Source: a virus
Direction: 5' to 3' (one strand)
Virus record (IMG/VR): IMGVR_UViG_3300045988_129382
Location: 96,001-160,000 of that record
Length of the DNA: 64,000 bases
The notes under the pieces are model-generated. The model saw nothing but the letters and a program-made list of their open reading frames with translations, searched no databases and had not been told where the DNA came from. Made by a program: the position numbers and the translations under genes. Below are positions 17,009 through 25,782 of this stretch, in pieces; within the stretch, counting starts at the first letter, position 1; each line of letters begins with the position of its first letter.

Positions 17009-17257
17009 ATGAAAAAAGATTTACAACAAAAGATTGAAAGTTCTTTAAGTCTAGATGATATTCTAGCATTAGAAAATGGTCTTAGTATTGCTGAAAATGT
17101 AGTAGGGGATGAAATCTATATTTTCAGGAATGAGGTAGGGAATGGGTATAGTATGATGTTCCGTACAAAAAAAGAAAATGAATTGTATGTAGAGGATTTT
17201 GACGAAGATGGCAATTTAGTCAATGTTCATTATGATACAATTAATGGTGAGGAGTAA
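17009..17257 (+). CDS. hypothetical small acidic protein (candidate antitoxin by position)
   Basis: ATG 17009 follows ggagg. Stop is 7 nt before the MazF-like gene. Confidence 0.5.
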   Translation: MKKDLQQKIESSLSLDDILALENGLSIAENVVGDEIYIFRNEVGNGYSMMFRTKKENELYVEDFDEDGNLVNVHYDTINGEE

Positions 17258-17263
17258 AATAAA

Positions 17264-17950
17264 ATGGCTACACAAATGAATGATGAGTATACACGTGTAA
17301 CAAAAGGAATGGTCTTTATCTATGATATTGATGAGGATAAAGACAAAAAACAATTTAATACTACAAAGTATAATCGTCCAGATTGCACTGAGTATGGTCG
17401 TAGACCGTGGGTAGTGGTTTCTGATAATAAATCTATTGATAAGATTTGTACGATTGCACCTATGTCTACAGGTCAATATGGTAAGGGGGATAAAATTAAA
17501 ACTCATGTTGATTTAACTCTTAATGGTACTAATACATGCATTATGTTAGAGCAGATGCGTTTTGTTAATACCCATGAGTTGAAGGAGTATGTAACTATTT
17601 TATGTAACAGCACAATGCGTTTAGTTGATGACGCAGTGGCTTTTCATCTTGGATTAAATCTCTACAAACCAAATAAGGTAGTTTCTATGCCAGCTAGTAA
17701 GAAGGCTTATGAAGTTATTAATGAGAAAAGTTCTGTAGAGGTTAAAGAGGCAACAAAAGTAAATACAAAAAAGTCTGAGACGAGAGGACGTAGAACTAAA
17801 TATGATAAAGATTCTTTAAAAGAGATTCTATCGGATTATAAAACTATGTCTGAGGAAGATTTCTCAGAGAAGTATAAATGTAGAAATCATCAAGCGTATC
17901 TATATAAAGGATACTACATTAAAAAACTGTATAAAACAAACTTTAAATAA
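17264..17950 (+). CDS. MazF/PemK-like domain protein with ~100-aa basic C-terminal extension
   Basis: GMVFIYDID...GRRPWVVVSDN...ICTIAPMSTG...CIMLEQMRFVNTHEL parallels MazF G.I..V.L...RRPVLVVSND...VVPLTS...LCDQIRTLD..RL. Confidence 0.55.
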   Translation: MATQMNDEYTRVTKGMVFIYDIDEDKDKKQFNTTKYNRPDCTEYGRRPWVVVSDNKSIDKICTIAPMSTGQYGKGDKIKTHVDLTLNGTNTCIMLEQMRFVNTHELKEYVTILCNSTMRLVDDAVAFHLGLNLYKPNKVVSMPASKKAYEVINEKSSVEVKEATKVNTKKSETRGRRTKYDKDSLKEILSDYKTMSEEDFSEKYKCRNHQAYLYKGYYIKKLYKTNFK

Positions 17951-17970
17951 GAAGTGAAAGATGATATAAT

Positions 17971-17999
17971 AAGGACTAGGTATTCTAGTCCTTATTTTT
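17971..17999 (+). terminator. rho-independent terminator
   Basis: aaggactag-gtatt-ctagtcctt followed by attttta. Confidence 0.75.
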
Positions 18000-18025
18000 A
18001 TGTTTAGAATGAAGGTGATTGTCTT

Positions 18026-18481
18026 ATGTGTAGTGAAGCTATAAAAACTGATATAGATTTATTACTAGAGGATTTAGGGAGTGCTGAAAATCTCAATCAT
18101 GAATGTATCATTTTGTATGATAATCATGTATGTAAGGTATTCAATAAGGATTATGCTGTAAATGAAGATAATGTACTTCTATTTGATTCATTGTTAGATT
18201 GGAGAGAAAGTGCTTTAAACACGTATCAATTAAAAAGTTTACTTTCTTCTTTAGTGGGTACAGATACTAAAATGTTATTTACAGCTTATGATGGTTCTAC
18301 ACATGGTTATGTTACAAGTTATATGACTAACAAATATAGCGACTATGGTGTCAATGTAAGGGTTATAGCTATAGGCGATAAAACTAAAAATATAGTTGGT
18401 AGAGAGAATCACGAGATAGATGTAGAAGAGGGTAGAATTTATGAAGATAAGATAACTATGGATTTCAATAGGAGACTATAG
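18026..18481 (+). CDS. hypothetical protein
   Basis: 151-aa ORF; RBS gaaggtg. Confidence 0.6.
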   Translation: MCSEAIKTDIDLLLEDLGSAENLNHECIILYDNHVCKVFNKDYAVNEDNVLLFDSLLDWRESALNTYQLKSLLSSLVGTDTKMLFTAYDGSTHGYVTSYMTNKYSDYGVNVRVIAIGDKTKNIVGRENHEIDVEEGRIYEDKITMDFNRRL

Positions 18482-18590
18482 TTATCTGTTGGTCTATAGT
18501 GATTCTGACTACAGACTGTACTAAATAAGAACATAATAAAAGTAATACTATATACACTAATACAATTAACAATGATATTAATCATATAAT

Positions 18591-18626
18591 AATTACTATA
18601 ATTACTATAATTACTATAATTACTAT
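18591..18626. repeat. tandem repeat, 9-bp unit aattactat x4 (exact)
   Basis: Read directly: four exact contiguous copies. Confidence 0.95.
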
Positions 18627-18711
18627 AAGAAATATAATCATCAATATAATTAATTTCTTCTAACGAAGAAAAGAATTATATTTCAAGTAGGGATAGGTTA
18701 ATATAACTGAT

Positions 18712-18754
18712 ATAATTGATTATAAAATAATTGATTATAAAATAATTGATTATA
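18712..18754. repeat. tandem repeat, 15-bp unit ataattgattataaa x2.8
   Basis: Two exact copies plus a partial third, then gttgattgatgg. Confidence 0.9.
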
Positions 18755-18805
18755 GTTGATTGATGGAAGTGAGATATAGGAGATAAAACACAGGAGGATA
18801 TTGTA

Positions 18806-18847
18806 ATTAATAGAGATTGATTAATAGAGATTGATTAATAGAGATTG
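18806..18847. repeat. tandem repeat, 14-bp unit attaatagagattg x3 (exact)
   Basis: Three exact copies, followed by degenerate copies (attataatagg, tgattaatatagagg). Confidence 0.95.
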
Positions 18848-18881
18848 ATTATAATAGGACTGATTAATATAGAGGCTGGTT

Positions 18882-18941
18882 GATATAGGGATATATGATA
18901 TAGGGATATATGATATAGGGATATATGATATAGGGATATAT
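18882..18941. repeat. tandem repeat, 15-bp unit gatatagggatatat x4 (exact)
   Basis: Four exact copies, then a partial gatatcaatgag. Confidence 0.95.
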
Positions 18942-19282
18942 GATATCAATGAGTTGAGTATATTAGGTTGGATTATGTACATCGTGATAGTGGCACATAG
19001 AATATGAGAAGATAATATGTGTGATGTATGTAAGAGAGGGTAGAGTGTGCTAAATGAGAAAAACACGCAAGAGAGTAACTGTATGGATAGGGTATGTTAG
19101 TAATATAGGTTAGAAGTGTCCTATAGATGCGAGAATATGTATTCTATTGATAGAGATGGTAAGAGGATGAGTGACACTATTTAAAAAAATAAATAGTATT
19201 TGAATATAGAGTAATATAGAAGACCGTTGCGATGTCAATGAGTTGATTAATGGTGATTGATGTCAGTTGAGGTGATTGAGTT

Positions 19283-19723
19283 ATGGAGATTAAGGAATTA
19301 AAAGAAGAGATACTTAAAAGATATGGTAGATATTTATTTGGTATAGTAGATATTGATGTATGGTATGATAGGGTAGAGATAGTGAGTCGAGTTGAGATAC
19401 GAAAAGGTGGTAGAATACATCAACATGAAGGTACAATAGTGGTAGCTATTGATAGGGATGTAGTTGATACTAAAAATGTAAAAGAATGTCTATATAGTAT
19501 TAAATTAGGCTCTATTAACTATCTAAAAATTAAGTGTGATGAGTTTAGGAAAGATACGACTGGTGGTAGTGCTGGGTTAGTCAGTCGGTTGTATTATATT
19601 GCAATAGATGATAGAGATATGGGTGATAAGATATTAGATATCATGGGTAACATACATGGTTTAAGTGAGTGTAAAGGGTTTAATGAAATTACATTTAATG
19701 TACATGTACATAACCTACTATAG
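19283..19723 (+). CDS. hypothetical protein, small paralogue family (RYGxYLFG)
   Basis: N-terminus EILKRYGRYLFGIVDIDVWYDRVEI resembles 19760..20251 and 23169..23519. Confidence 0.6.
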   Translation: MEIKELKEEILKRYGRYLFGIVDIDVWYDRVEIVSRVEIRKGGRIHQHEGTIVVAIDRDVVDTKNVKECLYSIKLGSINYLKIKCDEFRKDTTGGSAGLVSRLYYIAIDDRDMGDKILDIMGNIHGLSECKGFNEITFNVHVHNLL

Positions 19724-19759
19724 TTGATAAGTATGAGAATGGTTGAGGGATTAGATTAA

Positions 19760-20251
19760 ATGAATACAGAAGAAATAATACATAGAGCATTGAATGATTC
19801 AGTAGTCAAAGCTATAGAGGGGATAGATACTGAGTTATATAATAGGGTTAAAGATTTATTGAGTCGGATAGTAACTAAGTATGGGATGGTACTATTTGGT
19901 GATGTAGGTATATGGGTATATGATAATAGGGTAGAGATATACAATCATATCAGTATAGCTAAGAAGAGGTATAAACATGAATGTAAAGGTTTGTTGGTAG
20001 TATGGTATAACAGTAATGCTAATAAACTAGGTAATATAAAGAGTGTACAATTCATGAGAGATAGCTATATGAGATTGGTTGATGCAGATGTGTATGAATT
20101 AAGTGAGAGAGTGGATGATATAGCTATGGGGTTAAGGGATAGTAATGGTAGGGAGAGAAATCACGTTGTAGTCAAGGGTGTGTTGGGTAAGTTAAGTGAT
20201 ACAAATGATTTGGTAGGTATAGGTAATATAAAGCTACACAAAGCGTATTAG
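19760..20251 (+). CDS. hypothetical protein, same small paralogue family
   Basis: IVTKYGMVLFGDVGIWVYDNRVEIY motif. Confidence 0.6.
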   Translation: MNTEEIIHRALNDSVVKAIEGIDTELYNRVKDLLSRIVTKYGMVLFGDVGIWVYDNRVEIYNHISIAKKRYKHECKGLLVVWYNSNANKLGNIKSVQFMRDSYMRLVDADVYELSERVDDIAMGLRDSNGRERNHVVVKGVLGKLSDTNDLVGIGNIKLHKAY

Positions 20252-20567
20252 TAGAGGTAATAGTAGAGGTATTGGATACTATGGGAAGATATGTATGGTT
20301 TAGATTAAAAGACATGATTTCAGTTAAGGTTAGTTATAGAGGGTGTTCTAAAGAATTTGAATATTTTTCTTGTGGTAGATGGTCATAATAGTTAATAACA
20401 TTATAGCTAACATAACATTACAAAGCTGTACAGATATATACAAAATCATTCTATATATTGTAATTATGTATTAATTGGTATACTATATATAGTAAAACCT
20501 AGTGGTAAAAATGTACTAAATGGTATTTGGTAATGATACAGTGTTTATTAATTATAGGAGGATTGTG

Positions 20568-22844
20568 TTGATAACAGAAGATATGGTTGAGTTTAATCAA
20601 AATGATGAGACTATTGTTGATAGTGTTAACAATGTATTAAAGCGTGATGGACGAGTTGTAGTATTTGATAGTGGTAAAGTATTCAATGCTATGTTGAGTG
20701 CGTATAGTAGTTTACATGATAGTATTGATAGTGAGTATATTAATGTATGTAATGATGCTATTAATACTATATTAGATGAGTATGATGCATTAGACGATAG
20801 AATATTGGGTGTAGAGGATATACAAGACATCGTAGAGAATACATTGTTGGATTCTAAATATAATGATGTAGCTAAGGCATATATACTCTATAGAGATAAG
20901 CGTAGTCAAGAGCGTGGTAATTTAATTGATACAGAGTTACAAGAGTTACTAAGTGGTGATAGTGAGTATTGGAATACAGAGAATTCCAATAAGGATGTCA
21001 AATTAAATACTACGTTAAGGGATTATATTGCTGGCATTGTGAGTACAGATATAGGTAAGCGTAAGTTACTTCCTAAAGATGTGGTAGAGGCACATGACAA
21101 AGGACTTATTCATCAACACGATATGGATTATATCGCTGAGTATCGTACTAATTGTGAGTTAATCAATTTAAATGATATATTACAGAATGGTACAGTAGTA
21201 AATGGTGTAGGGATAGATAAACCTAAAAGGTTGTTAACTGCATCAACGATAGCAAGTCAGATTGTGTTAGCAGTTACTAGTCTAACTTATGGTGGAGCTA
21301 GTATTAATCTAGGTCATTTAGCACCATTTGTGAGAGATAGTTATAATTGGTATGTCAATAAATATAAGAGTTGGGGATTAGATGATACTGATGTAGTTGA
21401 GTATGCTAAACGTGACCTAGCTAAAGAGGTAGAGGATGCGATTCAGACATTCAATTATCAAATTAATTCATTTACAAACAGTAATGGTCAGAGCCCGTTT
21501 CTAACAGTATTTATGTATCTAGGTGGTGAGACTGAGTATCGTGATGAATTAGCTATGCTAATTGAAGAAATGTTAAAACAGCGTATACAAGGTTTCAAGA
21601 ATGAAAAGGGTGTATATATCAGTCCAGCGTTTCCTAAGTTAATCTATGTGTTAGAGGAAGATAATATTCATGAAGATAGTCGCTATTGGTATTTAACAGA
21701 GTTAAGTGCTAAGTGTAGTGCTAAGAGGTTGGTTCCTGATTACATTTCAGAGAAGAGAATGAAAGAACTAAAAGATGGTGATGTATTTAGTTCAATGGGT
21801 TGTCGCAGTTTCTTGTCAGTTGATACATTTACAGAAGAATTTGGCAATTTAGCTAAGGCATTAGATTATGATGGTAAACATAAATATTGGGGGAGATTCA
21901 ACGTCGGGGTTGCAACAGTTAATTTAGTTGATGTATCATTAACAGCCATATCTGATGTTGTTAATAGTGGTTATGTGTATACTATAGATGATATCATTAA
22001 ACGATTTTATGATGTATTAGAAGAGCGTTGTGAGTTATGTCATAAAGGGTTACAGGTACGTATTAATCGGTTAGAGAATACAACAAGCGATGTAGCACCT
22101 ATTTTATGGCAACATGGTGCATTAGCAAGGCTAAATAAGGGTGAGACATTATATCATTTAATACATAATGGATATGCTACAGCTAGTTTAGGGTATGCTG
22201 GTTTGTATGAGTGTGTAATGGCATTAATCAATAAGAGTCATACAACAGAAGAGGGTATGGAGTTAGGTAAAGCTATCATGCAACGATTGAATGATATTTG
22301 TAATCGTTGGAAAGATGAAGAGAATATCGGATATAGTTTGTATGGGACTCCTTTGGAATCCACTACGTATAAGTTTGCTAAGTGTTTACAACAACGATTT
22401 GGTAAGATAGAGGGTATAACAGACCATAGCTATATTACGAATTCGTATCATACATGCGTTCGTGAGGAGATAGATGCATTTACAAAACTCAAATTAGAGA
22501 GTGAGTATCAAGCATTAAGTCCTGGTGGTTGTATCAGTTATGTAGAAATACCTAATATGCAGAATAACATTAAAGCTGTATTGGATATTATTAAATATAT
22601 TTATGATACAATTATGTATGCTGAATTGAATACTAAATCAGATTATTGTCAAGAATGTGGTTTTAGTGGTGAGATTCAGATTAAAGGTGATACAGGTCAT
22701 TTGTATTGGGAGTGTCCTAATTGTGGGAATACTAATCAAGATACAATGAACGTGTGTCGCCGCACGTGTGGTTATTTAGGTACAAACTTCTTTAATCAAG
22801 GACGTACTGAGGAGATTAAAGATAGGGTATTACATTTAGATTAA
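20568..22844 (+). CDS. nrdD: anaerobic ribonucleoside-triphosphate reductase (class III RNR)
   Basis: ATP-cone VLKRDGRVVVFDSGKV; core GRFNVGVATVNL, NSYH; C-terminal Zn site CQECG...CPNCG and glycyl-radical motif RRTCGYLG. Start uncertain: TTG 20568 lies after AGGAGG 20556-61, and the track ORF opens at 20520. Confidence 0.9.
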   Translation: MITEDMVEFNQNDETIVDSVNNVLKRDGRVVVFDSGKVFNAMLSAYSSLHDSIDSEYINVCNDAINTILDEYDALDDRILGVEDIQDIVENTLLDSKYNDVAKAYILYRDKRSQERGNLIDTELQELLSGDSEYWNTENSNKDVKLNTTLRDYIAGIVSTDIGKRKLLPKDVVEAHDKGLIHQHDMDYIAEYRTNCELINLNDILQNGTVVNGVGIDKPKRLLTASTIASQIVLAVTSLTYGGASINLGHLAPFVRDSYNWYVNKYKSWGLDDTDVVEYAKRDLAKEVEDAIQTFNYQINSFTNSNGQSPFLTVFMYLGGETEYRDELAMLIEEMLKQRIQGFKNEKGVYISPAFPKLIYVLEEDNIHEDSRYWYLTELSAKCSAKRLVPDYISEKRMKELKDGDVFSSMGCRSFLSVDTFTEEFGNLAKALDYDGKHKYWGRFNVGVATVNLVDVSLTAISDVVNSGYVYTIDDIIKRFYDVLEERCELCHKGLQVRINRLENTTSDVAPILWQHGALARLNKGETLYHLIHNGYATASLGYAGLYECVMALINKSHTTEEGMELGKAIMQRLNDICNRWKDEENIGYSLYGTPLESTTYKFAKCLQQRFGKIEGITDHSYITNSYHTCVREEIDAFTKLKLESEYQALSPGGCISYVEIPNMQNNIKAVLDIIKYIYDTIMYAELNTKSDYCQECGFSGEIQIKGDTGHLYWECPNCGNTNQDTMNVCRRTCGYLGTNFFNQGRTEEIKDRVLHLD

Positions 22845-22890
22845 CAATTCTATTAATAGAATAAACTATTGTAAAGTAGTGTAAATTTTG

Positions 22891-22938
22891 GTATACTTTA
22901 GGTGTAGGTAAAGACTTATACCTAAAGTATACTTTTTT
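22891..22938 (+). terminator. rho-independent terminator
   Basis: 13-bp stem gtatactttaggt/acctaaagtatac followed by tttttt. Confidence 0.8.
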
Positions 22939-22962
22939 ATTTAAAATAAAAGGATGGTTATT

Positions 22963-23166
22963 ATGAAAAAATCTAGTTATGAGCAAGACGTATATATTTT
23001 ATTTACTACGTCTGATTTGTTTAGTTCTCCTTTGTTGGGTGTGTATGCCTCTAAAGAGGAAGCTGAGGCTGAGTACTTAGAAGTACAAGAAGAGTATTGT
23101 TTGGAAGACTATGAGTTAAGTATTGAGCATAGTACATATAATTTTAAATTCAAAGAAGGTGTGTAA
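22963..23166 (+). CDS. hypothetical acidic protein
   Basis: Short ORF; ATG 22963 follows aaagga. Confidence 0.5.
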   Translation: MKKSSYEQDVYILFTTSDLFSSPLLGVYASKEEAEAEYLEVQEEYCLEDYELSIEHSTYNFKFKEGV

Positions 23167-23168
23167 CT

Positions 23169-23519
23169 ATGGTTAGCAATGAATTTATTCAAAGTTTATT
23201 ATTGAGATATTCTACATATTTGTTTGGTGGTAAATGTACAATAGTAGTTATGGGTGGTGCTATGGTAGTGTCATGTAAACAAATTGATGGTGGCATTGAG
23301 TATACTGCGGATTATGTCTTTGAATATGATGGTAAAGATACTGCTGATTTAGTAGGTATTGATGTTAAGATTATTGATACTATAAATGGGGTTGAATCTT
23401 TTAGTGTTCAATCTAAGAATACATGTTATAACTATAGTACATTACAATTTGTAGCACAGACAATGATTGATAATGATTTAGATTTAGTAGAGTGTGCTAA
23501 AGTTATTATTAAGGGCTAA
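23169..23519 (+). CDS. hypothetical protein, small paralogue family (RYSTYLFG)
   Basis: LLLRYSTYLFGGKCTIVV resembles 19283 and 19760. Confidence 0.55.
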   Translation: MVSNEFIQSLLLRYSTYLFGGKCTIVVMGGAMVVSCKQIDGGIEYTADYVFEYDGKDTADLVGIDVKIIDTINGVESFSVQSKNTCYNYSTLQFVAQTMIDNDLDLVECAKVIIKG

Positions 23520-23533
23520 TAGGTTGTGATAGT

Positions 23534-23692
23534 ATGGATGTGAAAGATAAAATTCTTGTAGATATACAAGAAAATAAAAAGTATAAAGATTTAGATATTG
23601 TTGGGTTTAGTGGAAGTGATGCTACTCTTATACGTAACATTTTCTCTAGATATGATGAAGATTTTAAAAAGATGGCTAAAGAGGATAATTAA
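23534..23692 (+). CDS. small protein, candidate Phd-like antitoxin (by position only)
   Basis: 52-codon ORF absent from the track (under 60 aa): MDVKDKILVDIQENKKYKDLDIVGFSGSDATLIRNIFSRYDEDFKKMAKEDN. Stop is 2 nt before the Doc-like start. Confidence 0.4.
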   Translation: MDVKDKILVDIQENKKYKDLDIVGFSGSDATLIRNIFSRYDEDFKKMAKEDN

Positions 23693-23694
23693 CT

Positions 23695-24060
23695 ATGTTA
23701 CGTGTTAGTGTCACTGAGGTGATTTCTATGCATGAAAACGTCATAAATGTTTATGGTGGTGTTCATGGTATTAGGGATAAAGGGTTATTATCCTCTATTG
23801 TTATTGGTGTTTTTCAAACATTTGGTGGTAATGAGTTATATCCTACAGATAAAGATAAAGTTTGTAGGTTGTATTATATGTTTGTTACTAATCAAGTATT
23901 TTTAGATGGCAATAAGCGTACTGCTACAGCATTGTGTATGTTTCTTAATAAAAAGTACAGTATAAAATCAAATGTCTTTGATGTTAATAATCCTCATAGA
24001 CTATCTTTAGATGTTGCTAATGGCAACATTTCATATGATGACTTATTAGAAATGTGGTGA
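23695..24060 (+). CDS. Doc (death-on-curing)/Fic-family protein with Gln in place of the motif His
   Basis: IHENVINVYGGVHGIRDKGLLSSIV...ELYPTDKDKVCRLYYMFVTNQVFLDGNKRTATAL matches the Doc consensus, but the motif reads NQVFLDGNKR instead of NHxFxDGNKR. Confidence 0.7.
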   Translation: MLRVSVTEVISMHENVINVYGGVHGIRDKGLLSSIVIGVFQTFGGNELYPTDKDKVCRLYYMFVTNQVFLDGNKRTATALCMFLNKKYSIKSNVFDVNNPHRLSLDVANGNISYDDLLEMW

Positions 24061-24067
24061 TTAGTTT

Positions 24068-24310
24068 ATGGATATAGAATCATATAAAAATAGAGTAATT
24101 GCTAAGATAAATTCCATGTCAGATGAAGATTTAAGCATGATTTTTAGTGAGGTTCTAGATGGGTATGAAAAACCAATTCCGTTGATGGCTATACCTATTG
24201 TAGTTCCTAGTCTTAGTATTAAACGTACATTTATATTAGTGTTTAGGAGATGTAATATGTATCGAAAGTGTGGTGATGTTGTTGCGATATGCAGGACTAA
24301 AAGAAAATGA
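24068..24310 (+). CDS. hypothetical protein (uncertain)
   Basis: 80-aa ORF starting 8 nt after the Doc stop. Its 3' end overlaps nrdG by ~40 nt and its C-terminal half looks non-protein-like. Confidence 0.3.
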   Translation: MDIESYKNRVIAKINSMSDEDLSMIFSEVLDGYEKPIPLMAIPIVVPSLSIKRTFILVFRRCNMYRKCGDVVAICRTKRK

Positions 24311-24788
24311 TATAGTCGATGGTGAAGGTATATGCGTTTCCTTTTGGGTTCAAGGCTGTTGTCATAGGTGTGATGGTTGCCATAATCCTGATACATGGGA
24401 TATTAATGGTGGTTTAGAATTATCTAATACCTATGTTGATGATATCATTAGCTTATTATCAAAGAATGGAATACAAAGAAATTTAAGTATTTTAGGCGGA
24501 GAGCCTTGTTTAGATAGCAACGTGAGTATTGTGTTACCACTTGTTAAAAAAGTTCATACAGAGGCAAAATTCTCAAAAATATACCTATGGAGTGGCTTTA
24601 CTTTTGAAGAATTACTACAACGTGATAACACAAAAGAGTTATTACAGTATATTGATGTTCTTGTAGATGGTAGGTTTGAGTTAGAGCATAGAGATATTAC
24701 ATTAAAGTTTAGGGGTTCACCAAATCAACGTGTAATAGATGTTCAAAAGTCTTTATCTAGTGGTAAAGTTGTGTTATATTGTACATAG
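24270..24788 (+). CDS. nrdG: anaerobic RNR activating protein (radical SAM)
   Basis: DIVDGEGICVSFWVQGCCHRCDGCHNPDTW (CxxxCxxC cluster in NrdG context). Start is GTG 24270 or ATG 24276. Confidence 0.85.
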   Translation: MVMLLRYAGLKENDIVDGEGICVSFWVQGCCHRCDGCHNPDTWDINGGLELSNTYVDDIISLLSKNGIQRNLSILGGEPCLDSNVSIVLPLVKKVHTEAKFSKIYLWSGFTFEELLQRDNTKELLQYIDVLVDGRFELEHRDITLKFRGSPNQRVIDVQKSLSSGKVVLYCT

Positions 24789-24825
24789 TAGATAACATTG
24801 ATTAATATATAAAGGAGATTGTATT

Positions 24826-25329
24826 ATGACTGTTAAAATGCAAGAAGATTACAGAATTGGCGATTATGTGGGTACTTTTGGTTTAGTATGTTCTGCTTGC
24901 GATGATTTTTTACAATCATTGGAAGATGATATCGACTATAAACGTGTGAGTGATTTACATGGTATGGTAGTTATTGCAACAAATAAAGATAGAGATAAAA
25001 TTTCTTTTATTGTTAATGATGTGCGTTTTGATTATCGTGATGGTAGATTATACTTTAATGATTACATGGATGCATTGTATGAAAGACCTTATATTCTACA
25101 TTTAGTTATTGCTACTTTTAATGAAATGTTATTACATGATGTAGGTATTAGTAATAAAAGTTGTATTCAGAATTGTGTAACAGCATTTTTATTGTTACAG
25201 GGTTGGTTTGAGGATAAACGTATTTCTGATTTAGAGTATGAAATTGAAGAAAGTGATAGACGACAAGCCGCACGTGAAAATGCTGAGTTTTGGGAAGAGT
25301 ATTATTTCTTTAATCCTAATGATGTTTAA
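24826..25329 (+). CDS. hypothetical protein
   Basis: 167-aa ORF; RBS aaaggag. Confidence 0.6.
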   Translation: MTVKMQEDYRIGDYVGTFGLVCSACDDFLQSLEDDIDYKRVSDLHGMVVIATNKDRDKISFIVNDVRFDYRDGRLYFNDYMDALYERPYILHLVIATFNEMLLHDVGISNKSCIQNCVTAFLLLQGWFEDKRISDLEYEIEESDRRQAARENAEFWEEYYFFNPNDV

Positions 25330-25335
25330 TAAGAG

Positions 25336-25764
25336 GTGTATATGATAGGTTTAATTAATAAAATTTTGTATTACTTTGACATGATGTTGGTAAGTATTAA
25401 TAGTACTGAGGGTAGTCTTGTTAAAATTGAAAATGATTTAGGTAAAACTAAAGAGGTTGCTACTAAGGTAGTTCAGATTAGTTTAGCTATTAGTGAGATT
25501 GTAGTTCTTTTGTATAAAGTCTACGGTGTATTTTTAAACACTTCTACAGTTCTTCAAGGTGGTGCTTTGGGTGTAAGTGAAGAAAAGAATAATTCCTATA
25601 AAGCTATGAAAGACTTGCAAAAGAATGTAGATATTGAATTATTACAAGCTGTGTTAGAAGATAGTACAACTGTACCTGATAGTTTCATTGATAAGTTGCA
25701 TGCTGATGTAGAGGCTTATAAAGATAAATTAAATAGTCGAGTTGAAGCACGTAGTGATAACTAA
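25336..25764 (+). CDS. hypothetical membrane/coiled-coil protein
   Basis: 142-aa ORF with hydrophobic segments. Confidence 0.55.
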   Translation: MYMIGLINKILYYFDMMLVSINSTEGSLVKIENDLGKTKEVATKVVQISLAISEIVVLLYKVYGVFLNTSTVLQGGALGVSEEKNNSYKAMKDLQKNVDIELLQAVLEDSTTVPDSFIDKLHADVEAYKDKLNSRVEARSDN

Positions 25765-25782
25765 TTAATAGGAGATTAAATT

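Noticed and set aside
18591-18941. Possible CRISPR array, given the short exact repeats.
   Set aside because: The repeats are 9-15 bp and directly abutting, with no unique spacers. There are four different units and no cas genes. This is a tandem iteron architecture, not a CRISPR array.
18821-19066. 81-aa minus-strand ORF containing PISYIPISYIPISYIPISYI.
   Set aside because: The periodic peptide is simply the translation of the 15-bp tandem repeat gatatagggatatat. There is no RBS, it lies in the iteron region, and every real gene here is on the + strand.
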